From NCBI GenBank assembly GCA_032718475.1, contig JAUCBJ010003994.1, positions 1 to 53,120 on the forward strand: 53,120 nucleotides of DNA. The letters run 5' to 3'. Numbering within the stretch: position 1 is the first letter of the stretch; every line of letters begins with the position of its first letter. The stretch comes from Nemertoderma westbladi. Its lineage: Eukaryota > Animalia > Xenacoelomorpha. This document shows positions 13,278 through 25,969 of this stretch, piece after piece. The notes under the pieces were generated by a model, which worked only from the letters and a program-made list of their open reading frames with translations, had not been told where the DNA came from and searched no databases. Made by a program: the position numbers and the translations under genes.

Positions 13278-14590
13278 CTATGATTAATTCTACATGATAA
13301 ATTCTATTAATTCTCTATTATTTTCACAAGAAAATGACAGAACATTCTGAACAAATGAACTAGGCCGGCCTACTTTTATTATATTATATTCTTTATTTCA
13401 GATTACAGAAAATCTATAGATGTTTATAATAGTTATTGCACAAACACAAATGGTATAAAGATATATGTAATTATCGAATTATAATAAAAATATAGGGTTT
13501 TGCAATTCGCTTATTCTGTATATGTGACGCATACTATTATTCACTGCATGTAAAATGTTGTTATTAGTAATGTTAATCCGATTAAATAAACTTGTTTAAA
13601 TTATACTTGTTTATAAACCTACTGTTACCAGTATTTAGTTATTCGCCTGCACTGACAGACAGCGAGCGAATTGATCCAGTTTAGAGATATTCTAGAATGG
13701 CAAAAGACATTGTTACCGTGGATACTAACTAAGACTGACTTAATTATTTATCAATCCACACTAATTTGTTTTGCAGCTTTGATAGTAAATTTTTGCTGAG
13801 TAATCCAATTTAGTAAATTTGGAGTAGTAGTAGTCGTCCATTTCTTTTTATTTGTAGGATAATATGAGGTTGCTCCTATAACAATTACCCTCTCCACTCC
13901 ATTTTTAGTATATTAAAGAAAGCAGTTTAGAGAAACAGATTTTGTTTTCGCAACATCTATCTGGCAGTCACTATTAAAGAGATATTTGGACTCAATCATT
14001 TGTTGAGAATCCACCAACTCGATCATCTTTTTTCAACTTTCCCTGTCACACTTTACAGTAGGGTGTAAAGTAAAATAGTATTTGATTGAAGGCTCCTCTA
14101 TCTACTATAGGGTGTGGTAAACAAGAATGAGATAGTCTCATTAATAAATTAATAATATATTAATAAAACTGATTTTTCAAATACTCGATTTATCTCAAAA
14201 AATCGATTTTTTTCTCGAAATTTCGACCCCCTGAGAGATTGCTCTAATATTTTCGATACTCTATAAAATAGCAAAATCTGACATTTCTATTGAAAATCTA
14301 AGGGATTGGCCGAAGTTCAAGTTCATGTTCGTTTTTGTTTTCGAAATTTCAACCCCCGGGACACATGTTCCACTATATACACTGCCCTAATATTTTGGAT
14401 ATTTCATTTATTACATTTTTTATTTTCATACATTACACATTTCTGGTGAAAAGCTAAGAGATTGGTAAAAGTTCATGATTTTCACAGCACCCTAATATAC
14501 ATAGAGTATAAGTGTTGTCAAGAATATAATTAATAGTAGCTCTTATAAAAACTTTACTAATGAATGCACTATTGTTTGTTAATACTCTAG

Positions 14591-14713
14591 ATGATGATGA
14601 ATGTTTAATAAACACTCACAATTGCCATAACAACGCTATCTGTATGAATACTGATGGTTCATTCAATTGTACTTGTAAAGTTGGATACGAGGGAGATGGA
14701 GTGAACTGTAAAG
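14591..14713 (+). CDS. Host gene exon, calcium-binding EGF domain
   Basis: ctctAG acceptor, GTaata donor, 123 nt, phase 1-1. Reads (D)[40 protein letters not shown], the classic 6-Cys cbEGF pattern. Confidence 0.95.
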
Positions 14714-14924
14714 GTAATATTACTTAATCACCTGTGTGTTTTTAGATGAAACTGTCTTCTATTTTGTTGTTTGTATATAAAGGAAAAAGTTTCTACTATT
14801 TGAATTTAGAGAAGAATTCAACGAAATAACTTCTGGTACAGCTATTTGAGTAATTACAATGATGAAGACTCACACTATCATCAGAATCTATAACAAACCA
14901 ATTTGAAGTGTTATAAGCTGTCCT

Positions 14925-15060
14925 TTAACCCTATTAAACCCGGGGGGGGGGGGGGGGGGGGGTCAATATCACCCACCCGTGTTTTTTTTGTTATAACTCT
15001 GAAACAAACGTAGTTGGGAATCTGAAATTTTATGACTTTTCCTAAAAGTAGTTGTAGGCA
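14925..15060 (+). mobile_element. TTAA-CCCT terminus, piggyBac-like non-autonomous fragment
   Basis: TTAACCCTATTAAACCC, G-run, tgacttttcctaaaa; related to 8265. Confidence 0.4.
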
Positions 15061-15179
15061 TATATCAAATATCTGGCTGTGTACCGGTATAACTGCTGAA
15101 CTACAGAACTTTAGAGCTATTACGTATTAACTGGATATATAATGACAATAATGCTAAATTCCTAGGGTGGATTGAGTAA

Positions 15180-16849
15180 TAAAGAATGTAAGAGAGTGAT
15201 GAAGGATGCGTTGGAGAGTTCCAACGATGACAACGACAAAGTCACAGATGGAGAAGCAGTGGAAGACAGGAAGGAAACTATCCATAGTTTATGTGCATTG
15301 AGTAAAGAAACAGCTACTTTAACAAAACAATCTGCAACCTAGGTTAACAAATTAAGCAGCATTGTAGCAAAGCTGGATGCTATTGAGACCAACCAATCTT
15401 TTATTGCGAAAAATATGATGAGGTAATGCCAATTGTTGGCGGAATCGTAGCTGAGAACAAGTCTCTTGGGCCAAGGTTGGAGTATGGTAAATTGATTGTT
15501 GCCCTTGATGAATTTAGTTATCAACAAAGTTCCTGATTCTGTCCCCGACTACTAGCTTCACAAACTCTTCAGTAATATCGGTACAGTAATGGCTTGGGGG
15601 AATATCTATGGGAAATGGAAATATACCCCGTTGTTTTTGTATCGCACCTCGCTGCTACAATACTCGGAGCTAGCCATATAGCACCAAACCAATGTGAAAC
15701 CCATGCCAGACTGGTCCTTTGCGAGTTTAAGAATATGGAATTCCTCGATATATTTATAATGGAACGATCTGACTATTTAGATCTCTCTACTGTTATCACC
15801 AGTGCTACTGAAACCTCTAAGCTATATTTGCAGAAGCACCTGTCGCCTTATAACAGTTTTAACAGTGTACCAAAGTTTTAAAAGGATCAGGGGTATCGGG
15901 TATCTCTATCTGTGGATTCCCAATGGTTCGGTTTGTCTCTGTAATAGAAGCCAAATCTCGAGTTATTAAAGTTATAACTACCGACCAATTTAAACAACTG
16001 GCATTACCAGCACCACATCTTACCATACCGGGTAGTCAGGTATTGCTCTAGTAACCAGTACTCTAGAATATGAAAACTACTTTATTTTACTATCATATCA
16101 TAATTCATTTTTTTCTTCACATCTAAAGCTGCTATGTTTGTGAAACTTTCATCTCAGAATCTGTTCCATTTGCAATCACTATTTTCATCTTCCTTGCTCA
16201 TTACTTTGCGACCCTGAATTTACATCCATTAATCGCAGTCATTGGAACTGTTCTTTCTGCTTCAGCATTATTTTTCCATTTAATATGGTGAATGTTCGAG
16301 ATTTGGATACCTGTAGTAAAATCTTGAAATTAAACATGAATGTAGTACTCTGTTAATCTTTTCCTTTTCGTATTATTTTGACGTGAGAAACTAAATAAGT
16401 ATGTTGAAAATGGATGCTTAGCACCCTTTCAATTTTTCACGTAAACATACGTAGCCTTATTACACACTTTTTAATTAACTTTTTCTTTTCTTATCAACTC
16501 CAATTCTTGTGACATTCTTGCTTTCTCTGAAACTTACACTTAGAATGATTATTGTGAAAATCTTCATTGCTATTCTTGGGAAAAAGGGAAATGGTTGTTG
16601 TCCTTCAAAGAGTATTGATTCAAATATCAACATAAAAACTGATGCCAAAGACATTGCAAATGTATTCAAAGATTTATTTTCAAATATTTTGAAATATAAA
16701 TTGGCCTCTACCATTAAACAGCCTTTAAATTCCCGATGCCCCATATCTTACATTCCATCTTCTAATATGAACTCATTTGTATTGATGGAAACAAGTATCG
16801 TAAAAATACTGTACAATAATATATATTTAATTTCTGAGAAAAAGTCTTC
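15180..16849 (+). pseudogene. Highly degenerate CR1-group LINE remnant (ORF1/ORF2 pieces)
   Basis: KTDAKDIANVFKDLFSNI...LASTI...NSFVL resembles the linker between endonuclease and RT; coiled-coil-like piece near 15300-15420. Boundaries approximate. Confidence 0.45.
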
Positions 16850-16852
16850 TTA

Positions 16853-17043
16853 GGCCGCGTTCACACTACTGAGTCAAAGTCAAAGTCAAAAGACAAAATG
16901 TAAAACATAATCACAGGAAATTAAATATTTTCTAGAATGCCCTTATGTATTATATTGGGCCTACATAATGTATTATTATTTATTATTGCTAGCTAGCTGT
17001 ATTTATTTTCTTTTGACTTTGACTCGGTAGTGTGAACGCGGCC
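16853..17043. mobile_element. PIF/Harbinger-type MITE
   Basis: TIR GGCCGCGTTCACACTAC / GTAGTGTGAACGCGGCC with TTA on both flanks. Confidence 0.9.
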
Positions 17044-17746
17044 TTACGATTTTTGAGAATTTTTGGGAATTTTTATTTAACTTTTGGGAATTTTTATATG
17101 GCTTTTAATACAACTTTTGGAAATTTTATATATAACTTTTGAGAACTTTTATACAACTTTTTCTAACGAAAATGCTGCTTTAGATATCCCACTGTAATTA
17201 CCTGTAATCATATCTCAAAGTTGACTGGGTCATTTTTAAATTAAGACACATACTACCTTTATTTGTCTTAACATCGATATATTTCAGTCTTGTTCACCAT
17301 AAACTAACTTATGGATAGAAATAAGGGGTGATACAGTATATTACTGTAGTAAACGTAGACAAATATAGGTAAAGTTCCCGGTTTAGCGATTGTAAAGTTC
17401 CCGGTTGCCATGGTAACCGAGAATAGATATAGAATATAGAATAGAGATATAGAATATAGAATAGGTCAATGAATTCTCCATAGTCGATATAGTGGGGGTA
17501 GGAGTTAGTTTCATTTAGGGATGTCCCGGAATTCCAGTGGTTTTTGCCCGATTCCGGTACCGGCCGGAATTGCCGGAATGGGGTCAATTCCGGCCGGAAT
17601 TTTACCGGAATTACAAAGTTCATATCTAGATTAATAGTTGCAATTAGTTTGTTAAATTATTATCAACATTTATATATCTTTTAAACATTATTACCAATTA
17701 GTTTAAGATACTTTTCAACACTTGCAAAAAAGTATAGAAATAAAGT

Positions 17747-17919
17747 TTTTTTCGACCGTTAGAGCTAACATTTAAGGTTGAAAGGCATAGATGCCCCCTG
17801 GTTAGCCCCTTCAAACCATTCGTGCCGAATCGAAAACTGCCTTGGCCCACATGCAGGGATCGAACCCACGACCTCCAGATAGATTGGAAATCAATGCAAC
17901 CACTACACCAGGTGGAACC
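17747..17919 (-). mobile_element. tRNA-derived SINE
   Basis: Minus strand has A-box TGGTGTAGTGG and B-box GGTTCGATCCC, then a non-tRNA body and a short A-run. Confidence 0.65.
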
Positions 17920-18155
17920 TAACTAACCTATGTAACGAAGGAAAATTCACAGCCACCCTGTTTATTACAGTGATTTCAGTCTTGATGAAACACATTTCCA
18001 AAAAAATTTCACCTGGTAATCAAACTAAAATGGTCCCACCATCTGCTACACCACCTACTGTAGTATTCATATACAATTAAAAATAACCCTTTTAATTTAC
18101 ATTAACTAATTAAACCCTTTGCCCTTCTGAAGATATTTTATGAAATGCATCATTA

Positions 18156-18214
18156 GGCCCGTGCTCCACTGGTAAGTCGTAAGTCGCACGAAGTCGGACG
18201 AAGGAGCACGGGCC
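18156..18214. mobile_element. 59-bp Harbinger-like micro-MITE
   Basis: 12-bp TIR GGCCCGTGCTCC / GGAGCACGGGCC; flanks TTA and TTC. Confidence 0.55.
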
Positions 18215-19389
18215 TTCACGAGTGGTTTTTCCAACTTGCTTGCTTATTACAATTTGCTTATAAAATGGTGTTTTTTAGATTCATTTTACATTATTTTACA
18301 TTGATTTTTTACATTATTTTACATCGATTTTATATTATTTTACTTTGAATTAATTATTGAATAATATGATAATTATAGGAGGCTAAATAAATTGCTAACC
18401 TTGTAAAGTCAGCAATGAAACTCGATTAACGATTAACACAATTACAATTACTACTTTAACCTAAAACTAATATAAATATAAAACGTTATTACAACACGTA
18501 CAGGTCCTGCGAGTGGTCGTTAGTTCAGTCCTGCGTCGTAGGTGCTGCATAATATAGTAGTTTGATTATATTTATAGCAACAATTTCTTACCATAAATCT
18601 ATTTATTCCCAGCAAAAATTAAACTGTAACATGTACAATTGGACTCGTTTATTGTTTTGGTTCGAATAACATGTCACTGTAACCTGCTCCTTTCCCTTAA
18701 CGGCACCAGGATATTGCACAAAGGATCTAATGACGCGAAACCATAGGTTTTAGGTTAACGTACTGTAAGTTTTTAGGTATGAGTCTAAATGCAAAAAACC
18801 TAACTTTTGGCCAAGGTTGTCGATTTTAGAAAAATAATTATATTGAATTCTCTGTCGCTCAATGCCGAAGAACCACCCCGTCCCCATAATAGGCCATAAC
18901 GGCCCAGGCCATTATCCACTCCACCCACCTTAATTACCCCCAAGGTTGTGATTCATCTCATTAGCAAACTTAGCTTTAGAAATTAAAAAAATTCATTTGT
19001 TTCACAAAGAATTATAAAATTTCTTGGGACATTTAGTGTATTTCACCAATTATAGAAAATATTCATGCCGGAATATTCCGTCATGTTGAATTCCGGTTCC
19101 GGTTCCGGCCGGAATCAAAATATCGATTCCGGGACATCCCTAGTTTCATTGCCTCAAATCTAATAGAACTATTTTGAATGTCGGTTGCAATGGAAACGGG
19201 ATTTGTAAGAGTTGCCCAAGGGTGTGAGGGCAACACCCTCCTTAATATCGTTTAATAGGGTCTAGAGGTCATAAAAACGTAAAAAAATTTTCTGCGGACA
19301 CAATTGCACGCTTCACCTAAAATCAGGCATTTGACCACTGGACTATATATACAACAATATACCATTTAATCCATTTCATAATCATTTAT

Positions 19390-21930
19390 TAATCCAGTCC
19401 CTGGCCTTAAGTCCCGTAGGAATTTCGAGGTGGACGCCGTTTCTCACTTGAACTGGGTTTGGGGTCCAAAAATGAAGAAAAAAAATTGGGTAGACTTTTA
19501 GGTTCCTGGGCCTAAGTTTTTTATGACGTCATTTTATGACGTCATAAATATACAAATATTCATCTGTGTCCTCATCACTTTTCCAAATCAAGAGTACAAA
19601 TGATAATTATTATTTAGCTGTTACCAGAGTTAACCAATTATAACGGTTTTACGATGCTCCAATTCATCATAAACCGATCGAAGCGAGTTATAAAGAAACG
19701 AGGGCACAGTAAAATAGTTATATTGATATGATCACTGAGTGAATTTATTAAGAAATGTTAAATAATGTTAATTAAATGCTATGAATTATAAAATGTTCTT
19801 ATTATGGAATATTTTCGCACTCCATTTCAAAATTGCTTTTGCAAAATGATGTGCAAGAAACGATATCTTTCCGGCATCTGCATCGCATAGTATTGCACTT
19901 CTTGCAGAAGCAAGTAATCGTCGCCCATTTAGGTAGTTCATTATTCCAAGGATCGGGCATGATTGATGAGTCATTCTCATTAATAGACCATCCATAATCT
20001 GTTGGTTCTAGGTTGGGCGAGTTACTATTTAATACTGATGTACACAAATAAACATTGTAGAAGGCGCGCAACAAATGACCCTGCAATGAATGACTTGAAC
20101 AAGGAAGGTTTAATAAGTTTGGAGCACCTTCTTGTCTATCGATTTCGGATCGAAGACTGTCAAACGTTTTACTAGTCGATCGTGGCTTTATGACCTTAAC
20201 CAAATATTGCTCTGCATGTTTGAATGATTCTTTATTAGGTGGGAAACATCGCCCGAAGTTCTTTAAATAGAGTTCTGGGTGCACCTTTAGGGCTGCCCTT
20301 TTGGTGCCTATTTTGCTAGTAACATCAGATCCAGTGAGGTAATGACATGCAAGTATAGCCTCACTAATAGGACCGATCTGTTCCACAAGTCGATGAATTG
20401 GGATAAGTTCTGTTGACGTTTTTCTCATCCATAACTCTGACAAACCATTCTCGTGAAAAGTGTTGTAGAAATGGATGAGCAGCACCAACACATCGGTATC
20501 ATTTGAGAGCACGATGATTCTTTCAGATCCATCTTTAACCGCGTTCAAAATATGCGGAATGAGACGCAGGTCTGCTTCTTCAATGTTGAACTTCTCCAGA
20601 CCCTCGATCGCTCCTCCACTGTTCGCTTTTAGAATTACTCCAGGTATAGATTCATCTTCGCAAACTACACCACTTAAGATAGTGTCCCACGGTTGGTTTT
20701 CCAACACACCCAATATGAATCCTTTAAGCGCATCTTGTAACAACACTTTATTTTCTCCTGATGCCCAAAACCTATCTATCTGAACTGGAATCATCACATC
20801 AGGAGTAATGGAGGTGAGTGATAGTTGTTGAACTGAAGATCGTCTTTCTCTCTCTGCATTTTTGATCGATGATGGTAGGTAACTGTCAAAAACGTAATCA
20901 ACGCTTCGAAAATTTCACGAAATGTTCCCTTTCCCTTAAGTGGTATTCTGCGAAGTTGATTCATAACATCAACAACAAGACTTGTTTTTAGTGCGGTGTC
21001 TTTTTCAAAATTCATGTCTACACTTTCCATCATTCTCATTAACTCAGAAATTAAACTGGATTTCATTGGCTTAGTTGTAGCACCATGACTATCAATCAAA
21101 GACGATGGTGTGATATCGAAACTAAGGATCTCTTCCATTTCCATTCCTTTCCTTAGCGATATCAACTGACCTTTGCGATTGCAACAGTTCTTTGATAGAA
21201 TTTTTATGTTGTTGTTTTGAGCATTGATCCCCGATTGTTGTACTTTGAAAAGTAGGAAGATTTTGTCTATGTATGGTAGCTGATAGAGGCTTGTAGCACT
21301 TGATAAATCTTTCATAATGAAAGGAGGAATAGACATTGTCTGCCAGGGTCAAAAAGTTAAGTAGCTTTTCGGAAGTTGATGGTGGTACAATTTCGTTTGT
21401 TAATAAATTATGAAGTTTAACCTCACCTCCATTAATATAGGGATTTTCTTTGCATTCGATATACTGCACCATTTTTGCTATACTTAAATCCATCTCGTTT
21501 CTGAGGTTTCCACTTAACTCATGATGTATCTGCAGTTCATAATCGACTTGTCTAACATTAAGTAGTGCTTGCACTGCTTGTCGAATTGAAAGAACCTCAT
21601 GATAGACCAGGTTCCATTCTGCAATATAGTCTTTTCGCTTAGATTGACCAATAATTCCACCACTTGACTTTTGAGATCTATTTATTGTCTGTTCCAGAGC
21701 CATATCGACACCAACCGCATTAAACTTCCCTTTAGTTCTCCGTACAACAAAATGGCCTTTCATGAACTGATCATAAACCTCAGGATGTGATTTATCAAGA
21801 TTCAGCATTTGCTGAAGAAATAATGATCCCCACCTTAAGTAATTTATTCTGTCAAATATATGAAAAACAGGAATAACTTGCTTCATTGTTTCCAGATATA
21901 GTTTCATTGACATTGGAGTTGTCTCATTAG
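19390..21930 (-). mobile_element. Academ DNA transposon, 3' half
   Basis: Contains the Academ-type ORF remnant; putative terminus taatccagtc at 19390; 5'-truncated near the C-run at ~21931. Confidence 0.7.
19802..21915 (-). pseudogene. Academ transposase C-terminus, XPG/FEN-like nuclease and Cys-rich finger (frameshifted)
   Basis: NYLRW...HPEVYDQFMKGHFVVRRT...DMALEQTINRSQKSSGGIIG; EEADLR, SNDTDVLVLL, GSDVTS; terminal CFCKKC..RCRC...C..FC. Confidence 0.8.
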
Positions 21931-22362
21931 TCCCCCCCCCCAAGCTTGCATTAATTAGGTCGCAGAATCTGATGTGCGAATTTCGCGAATTCCGCAAATG
22001 CCATGAATTTTGCAAATGTCAAAAATGTTGGCATTACAAGACCTTGGGTACACATAGACCAGACATTATTTACCAGCTAGTTTTTTTTACAATGATAATA
22101 TAAATTATTATTACATGACAGAAAATGTTCTAGAACATGTTAGATATCAATTAAGAAAAATATCAATTAAGGTTCTGGAACACATTTTTTTGTTCTAGAA
22201 ATTTTTTTTGAAAAAATTAAATAGTACAGGGAACGTTATACACAACCCATTAAAAAAAAATTTTGAATAAAAAATATATATAATTTATCTTATTTACTTT
22301 ACTCTATTTTTTAAAATAAAAAAATATAAATATTTACTAGCTACCCTGAGAAGATGCAGTTA

Positions 22363-23283
22363 CACCATGTCCCAGAATATAGTGTCGTAATTCAGTAACA
22401 CCCTCCCCCCCCTAATTTTTCTACAAATCTTAATGAGATTGCATGAAATTTGAAACAGAGATAGTTTCACCTCCCGACCACTGACTGGGTGAGCCAGAGT
22501 TTTATTTTTGCTTTCAATCTTTAGCTACAAGCGTTTAAAAGAAGTATCTCCAGCGATATAACACCAGTTACACCGGAGTTATTATTCTACCTTATAGCTA
22601 GCTGTTTGTTGGTACCAATGGAAAGCTGGCCATGCAAGGATTCCAAATATCTAACACAATTTGAATTTCGTTAAAAAATAGCTGAGATATGAGCGTTCAA
22701 ATGTTGCATGGTTTTGCAACGACGCGAGGCTATTTTACTCTATTTAATAAATGCATCATAGTCTGGAATATATTGTATATCCAAATACGTAGCTGGGCAA
22801 CGGTGCATTACATCTTTAATCATACTATTATGTAGCTATTCATACATTTAAAAAATGTTCCAGAATATGGTTTATTTATTAATAGAATAAAATAGCCTCG
22901 TGTCATTGCAAAACCATGCAACATTTGAACGCTCATATCTCAGCTATTTTTTAACGAAATTCAAATTGTGTTAGATATTTGGAATCCTTGCATGGCCAGC
23001 TTTCCATTGGTACCAACAAACAGCTATAAGGTAGAAGAATAACTGCGGTGTAACTGGTGCAATATCGGCGGAGATACTTTTTTTAAACGCTTAAGATTAG
23101 TATTAGTTAGAAGTAGCTAAAGATTGAAAGCAAAAATACAAATTCTGGCTCACCCAGTCAGTGGTCGGGAGGTGAAACTATCTCTGTTTCAAATTTCATG
23201 CAATCTCATTAAGATTTGTAGAAAAATTAGGGGGGGGGGGGGTGTGTCACTGAATTACGACACTATATTCTAGGACATGGGCG
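22363..23283. mobile_element. Foldback MITE with ~390-bp inverted arms, TA-flanked (Tc1/mariner-like)
   Basis: 22361-~22750 is the near-exact reverse complement of ~22880-23285; TA at both outer ends. Confidence 0.85.
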
Positions 23284-23652
23284 TAAGCAAGTCGGAAATC
23301 ATCAATCAAATGTAAATTCCATCAACAATGTTTGCCTATGGTCTGAAGGGAAGTGTTATTTACCTATAGTCAGATCCCACTCTGTAACTTGGCAATTGCT
23401 CAAATTCATTCAGCTGAATGGCACAGTAGATTAAACTAAAGTAAATTTCCTCAACAATATTTGCCTATGGTCTGAAGGGAAGTCTGACAGTGAGTTATCT
23501 TAGCCACTAAATGCCATTCACCTAACAAAAACATTTTGAATACCACAGTAGTGTGTAATGATAATTAAAGGTCGTACGCGTCATCCTGACTAACAGGGGC
23601 TTATTATATATATATATAAAAAATAAATAAACAGGTAAGCAATAGAGTCTTA

Positions 23653-24829
23653 CAGTCCCTATCTCATTCTGAATATTATTTCTCAAACTGGGTATCATTT
23701 CTCAAACCTTTTACTAATGATAGTCAACGGAGAATTTCAGTAGGTAAGACTGGGGTAAGAGTTGAGAAATCAGAAAGATGCAGCCAGCTCAATCTAACTC
23801 AAACTAGAGTCTGGCGCCATGGTTTGAGTTAGGTTGACTTCCAACTGTGCCATACTCAGCATTACTCTTCCTGTACGGGATGGATAATTACTCTGGTTGA
23901 GTGAGGCACCACATGGGGAAGGGGCCTCTGTCTGCTGCTTGGCCGACCGGTAAGCTGGGCAGGCCGGCTTGCGTGTGTCTCATAAAAGACATGTCAATCA
24001 CGCAGTTCCTTTGTGGGCTTTACTAAATGTATGTTGTTAACTAAACCACACTGGCTCGGTCTGTTTGTAGAGAAAGTTTTAATTATGGGAATATTGTTGG
24101 GGGAAATTGGTGCTCTGTTGTCTGTCTGTTTGATGGCAATTGGTGCCTTACAAGACATATCAGTTTAAAAATATAATGGTTAATTAAGAATTATTAGTAC
24201 ATAGGGGACCTCGCACCAACCCACTACCCCCCCCCCCCCCCCCCCCCCCCCTCTCATAAATATGGCCCTGTCTATAATTACAGAGGTTTCCTTTGACCCC
24301 TTTGCCCGGGATACCCACACCCGGATGTATTGCGAATAATTGTGTTGACGATGTAATAGATAATTAAACATTAGTAAATCATTAGTAAAACATTAAAGTT
24401 AAACATTAGAAACATTCAACAACATTGACGATGTAATACTAACAGAAAATGTAATAAAAAATTAATAAATCTTCAGTTTAATAATTTAGCATATAATTTT
24501 TTTATTCTGAAATTTAAAAATAAATTGAGTCACTGAGTCTGCAAGTTAATTCTCGCTGTCTACCGGAGTTAATTACACACAAACAAATCAAGTTTAGGGA
24601 ATGTTATAACAGCAGGAGACCATCAATTACCCGTAGGCAGAGTATAACAGAAGCGAGTGGACCATTAAACACAGACAGCTTGTTGTATGAATGCTACGCA
24701 GTGCACAATGGGGGGTTACGCGAGTTTGAGTTGGGTTTGAGTAAACCAGACAGGTTTGAGTTAGTAAGAGTGAGGTAAGAGAAAAGGTACCCTGTTTGAG
24801 AAACAGTATCTAGAATGAGATACGGACTG
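23653..24829. mobile_element. Non-autonomous DNA transposon with TA TSD (Tc1/mariner-like)
   Basis: TIR CAGTCC(C/G)TATCTCATTCT; TA duplicated; the empty site gagtctTAcacccc is visible in the second repeat unit at ~25547-25560. Confidence 0.9.
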
Positions 24830-25161
24830 TACACCCCACAAAACAATAAAAAAAACATAGAATCATGACATTACGCCCAAAATAGTACTCGGCCCTCGGG
24901 CCATCGACAAACCCCAAACAATACAAACACAAAAACATGACATAAACAAAAAACAACAAACAAAAATCAAATATATTAAATATGCTCAACATACAGGTAT
25001 GTCTCGCACCCTAACCCTAAGCCTAACCGCCATTCACTAAATGATACCGGTATTATACTGCACAAAAGCTAAGCCTATATTCTATAAGAAAATATATGAC
25101 ATTTTGTCACCGCAAAAGGGGTAGAACTAGGGCAAAAAATAATTAATTTTATCAAAAATAT

Positions 25162-25228
25162 GATGCGTTTCGGTCGGTGTCTGAGACCCAGTACGCGGTA
25201 ATCTCCGACACCTCATCAGCTGGACAAA
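25162..25228 (-). ncRNA. Hammerhead ribozyme-like motif, copy 1 (degenerate)
   Basis: Minus strand: CTGATGA-GGTGTC...GACACC-gacc-GAAAC-GCATC. Confidence 0.6.
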
Positions 25229-25884
25229 GGATCACCCAAGGCCTATATTTATTGCACCAATGACCTACTACAATCACACCAAACTCTTTTATCACTCGCC
25301 CAAACAGACATCATACCGCAGAAAAATGAAACCAATATGGTAAGTGACTATGCTACCCACAGAAAGACTGGTACGCAGCTAGAGCACACATACACAGTAC
25401 AAAAAATTTGTAGATTTTAATAACTTGCAGCGATGTCGCAAATTCTGCTCTACTTCATGAAATGATAATTAAAGGTCGTACGCGACATCCTGACTAACAG
25501 GGGCTTATTATATATATATAAAAAATAAATAAACAGGTAAGCAATAGAGTCTTACACCCCACAAAACAATAAAAAAAACATAGAATCAGGACATTACGTC
25601 CAAAATAGTACTTGGCCCTCAGGCCATCAACAAACCCCAAACAATACAAACACAAAAACACGACATAAACAAAAAACAACAAACAAAAATCAAATATATT
25701 AAATATGCTCAACATACAGGTATGTCTCGCACCCTAACCCTAAGCCTAACCGCCATACACTGAATGATACCGGTATTATACTGCACAAAAGCTAAGCCTA
25801 TATTCTATACGAAAATATATGACATTTTGTCACCGCAAAAGGGGTAGAACTAGGGCAAAAAATAATTAATTTTATCAAAAATAT

Positions 25885-25948
25885 GGTTGCGCTTCTGTGT
25901 CTGAGACCCAGTACGCGGTAATCTCCGACACCTCATCAGCTGGACAAA
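25885..25948 (-). ncRNA. Hammerhead ribozyme-like motif, copy 2 (degenerate)
   Basis: Minus strand: CTGATGA-GGTGTC...GACACA-GAAG-CGCAAC; GAAA box mutated. Confidence 0.45.
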
Positions 25949-25969
25949 GGTTTACCCAAGGCCTATCTT

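Larger units (their letters stand above)
10083..14495 (-). mobile_element. hATm-type DNA transposon with long imperfect TIRs, degenerate
   Basis: Blocks in 10083-~10440 are inverted relative to ~14190-14495 (e.g. atctcttagcttttcaccagaa / ttctggtgaaaagctaagagat). One terminus reads TAGGGTG. Contains a transposase pseudogene. Confidence 0.75.
17516..19142. mobile_element. Non-autonomous hAT (Ac-like) element
   Basis: TIR TAGGGATGTCCCGGAA / TTCCGGGACATCCCTA; 8-bp TSD GTTTCATT at 17508-17515 and 19143-19150; subterminal CCGGAA repeats. Confidence 0.93.
17385..19345. mobile_element. Older DNA-transposon end (Academ-like TAGTCCAG terminus) split by the hAT insertion
   Basis: Ends ccactggacta at 19345; the flanks of the hAT element rejoin at gtttcatt. 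Left boundary and family uncertain. Confidence 0.4.
23558..25968 (-). repeat. Tandem ~720-bp direct repeat (about 1.7 units), Penelope/retrozyme-like
   Basis: 23558-23652 plus 24830-25245 match 25461-25968; each unit has a hammerhead core on the minus strand. Confidence 0.75.

Noticed and set aside
17843-17919. Functional tRNA gene
   Set aside because: A and B boxes are present but acceptor and anticodon stems pair poorly; better explained as a SINE head.
21916-22015. N-terminus of ORF 21122-22015 as the Academ start
   Set aside because: Reads through a G-run junction into unrelated sequence; chimeric.
25008-25028. Interstitial telomere
   Set aside because: Only two to three CCCTAA-like units, part of the 720-bp repeat.
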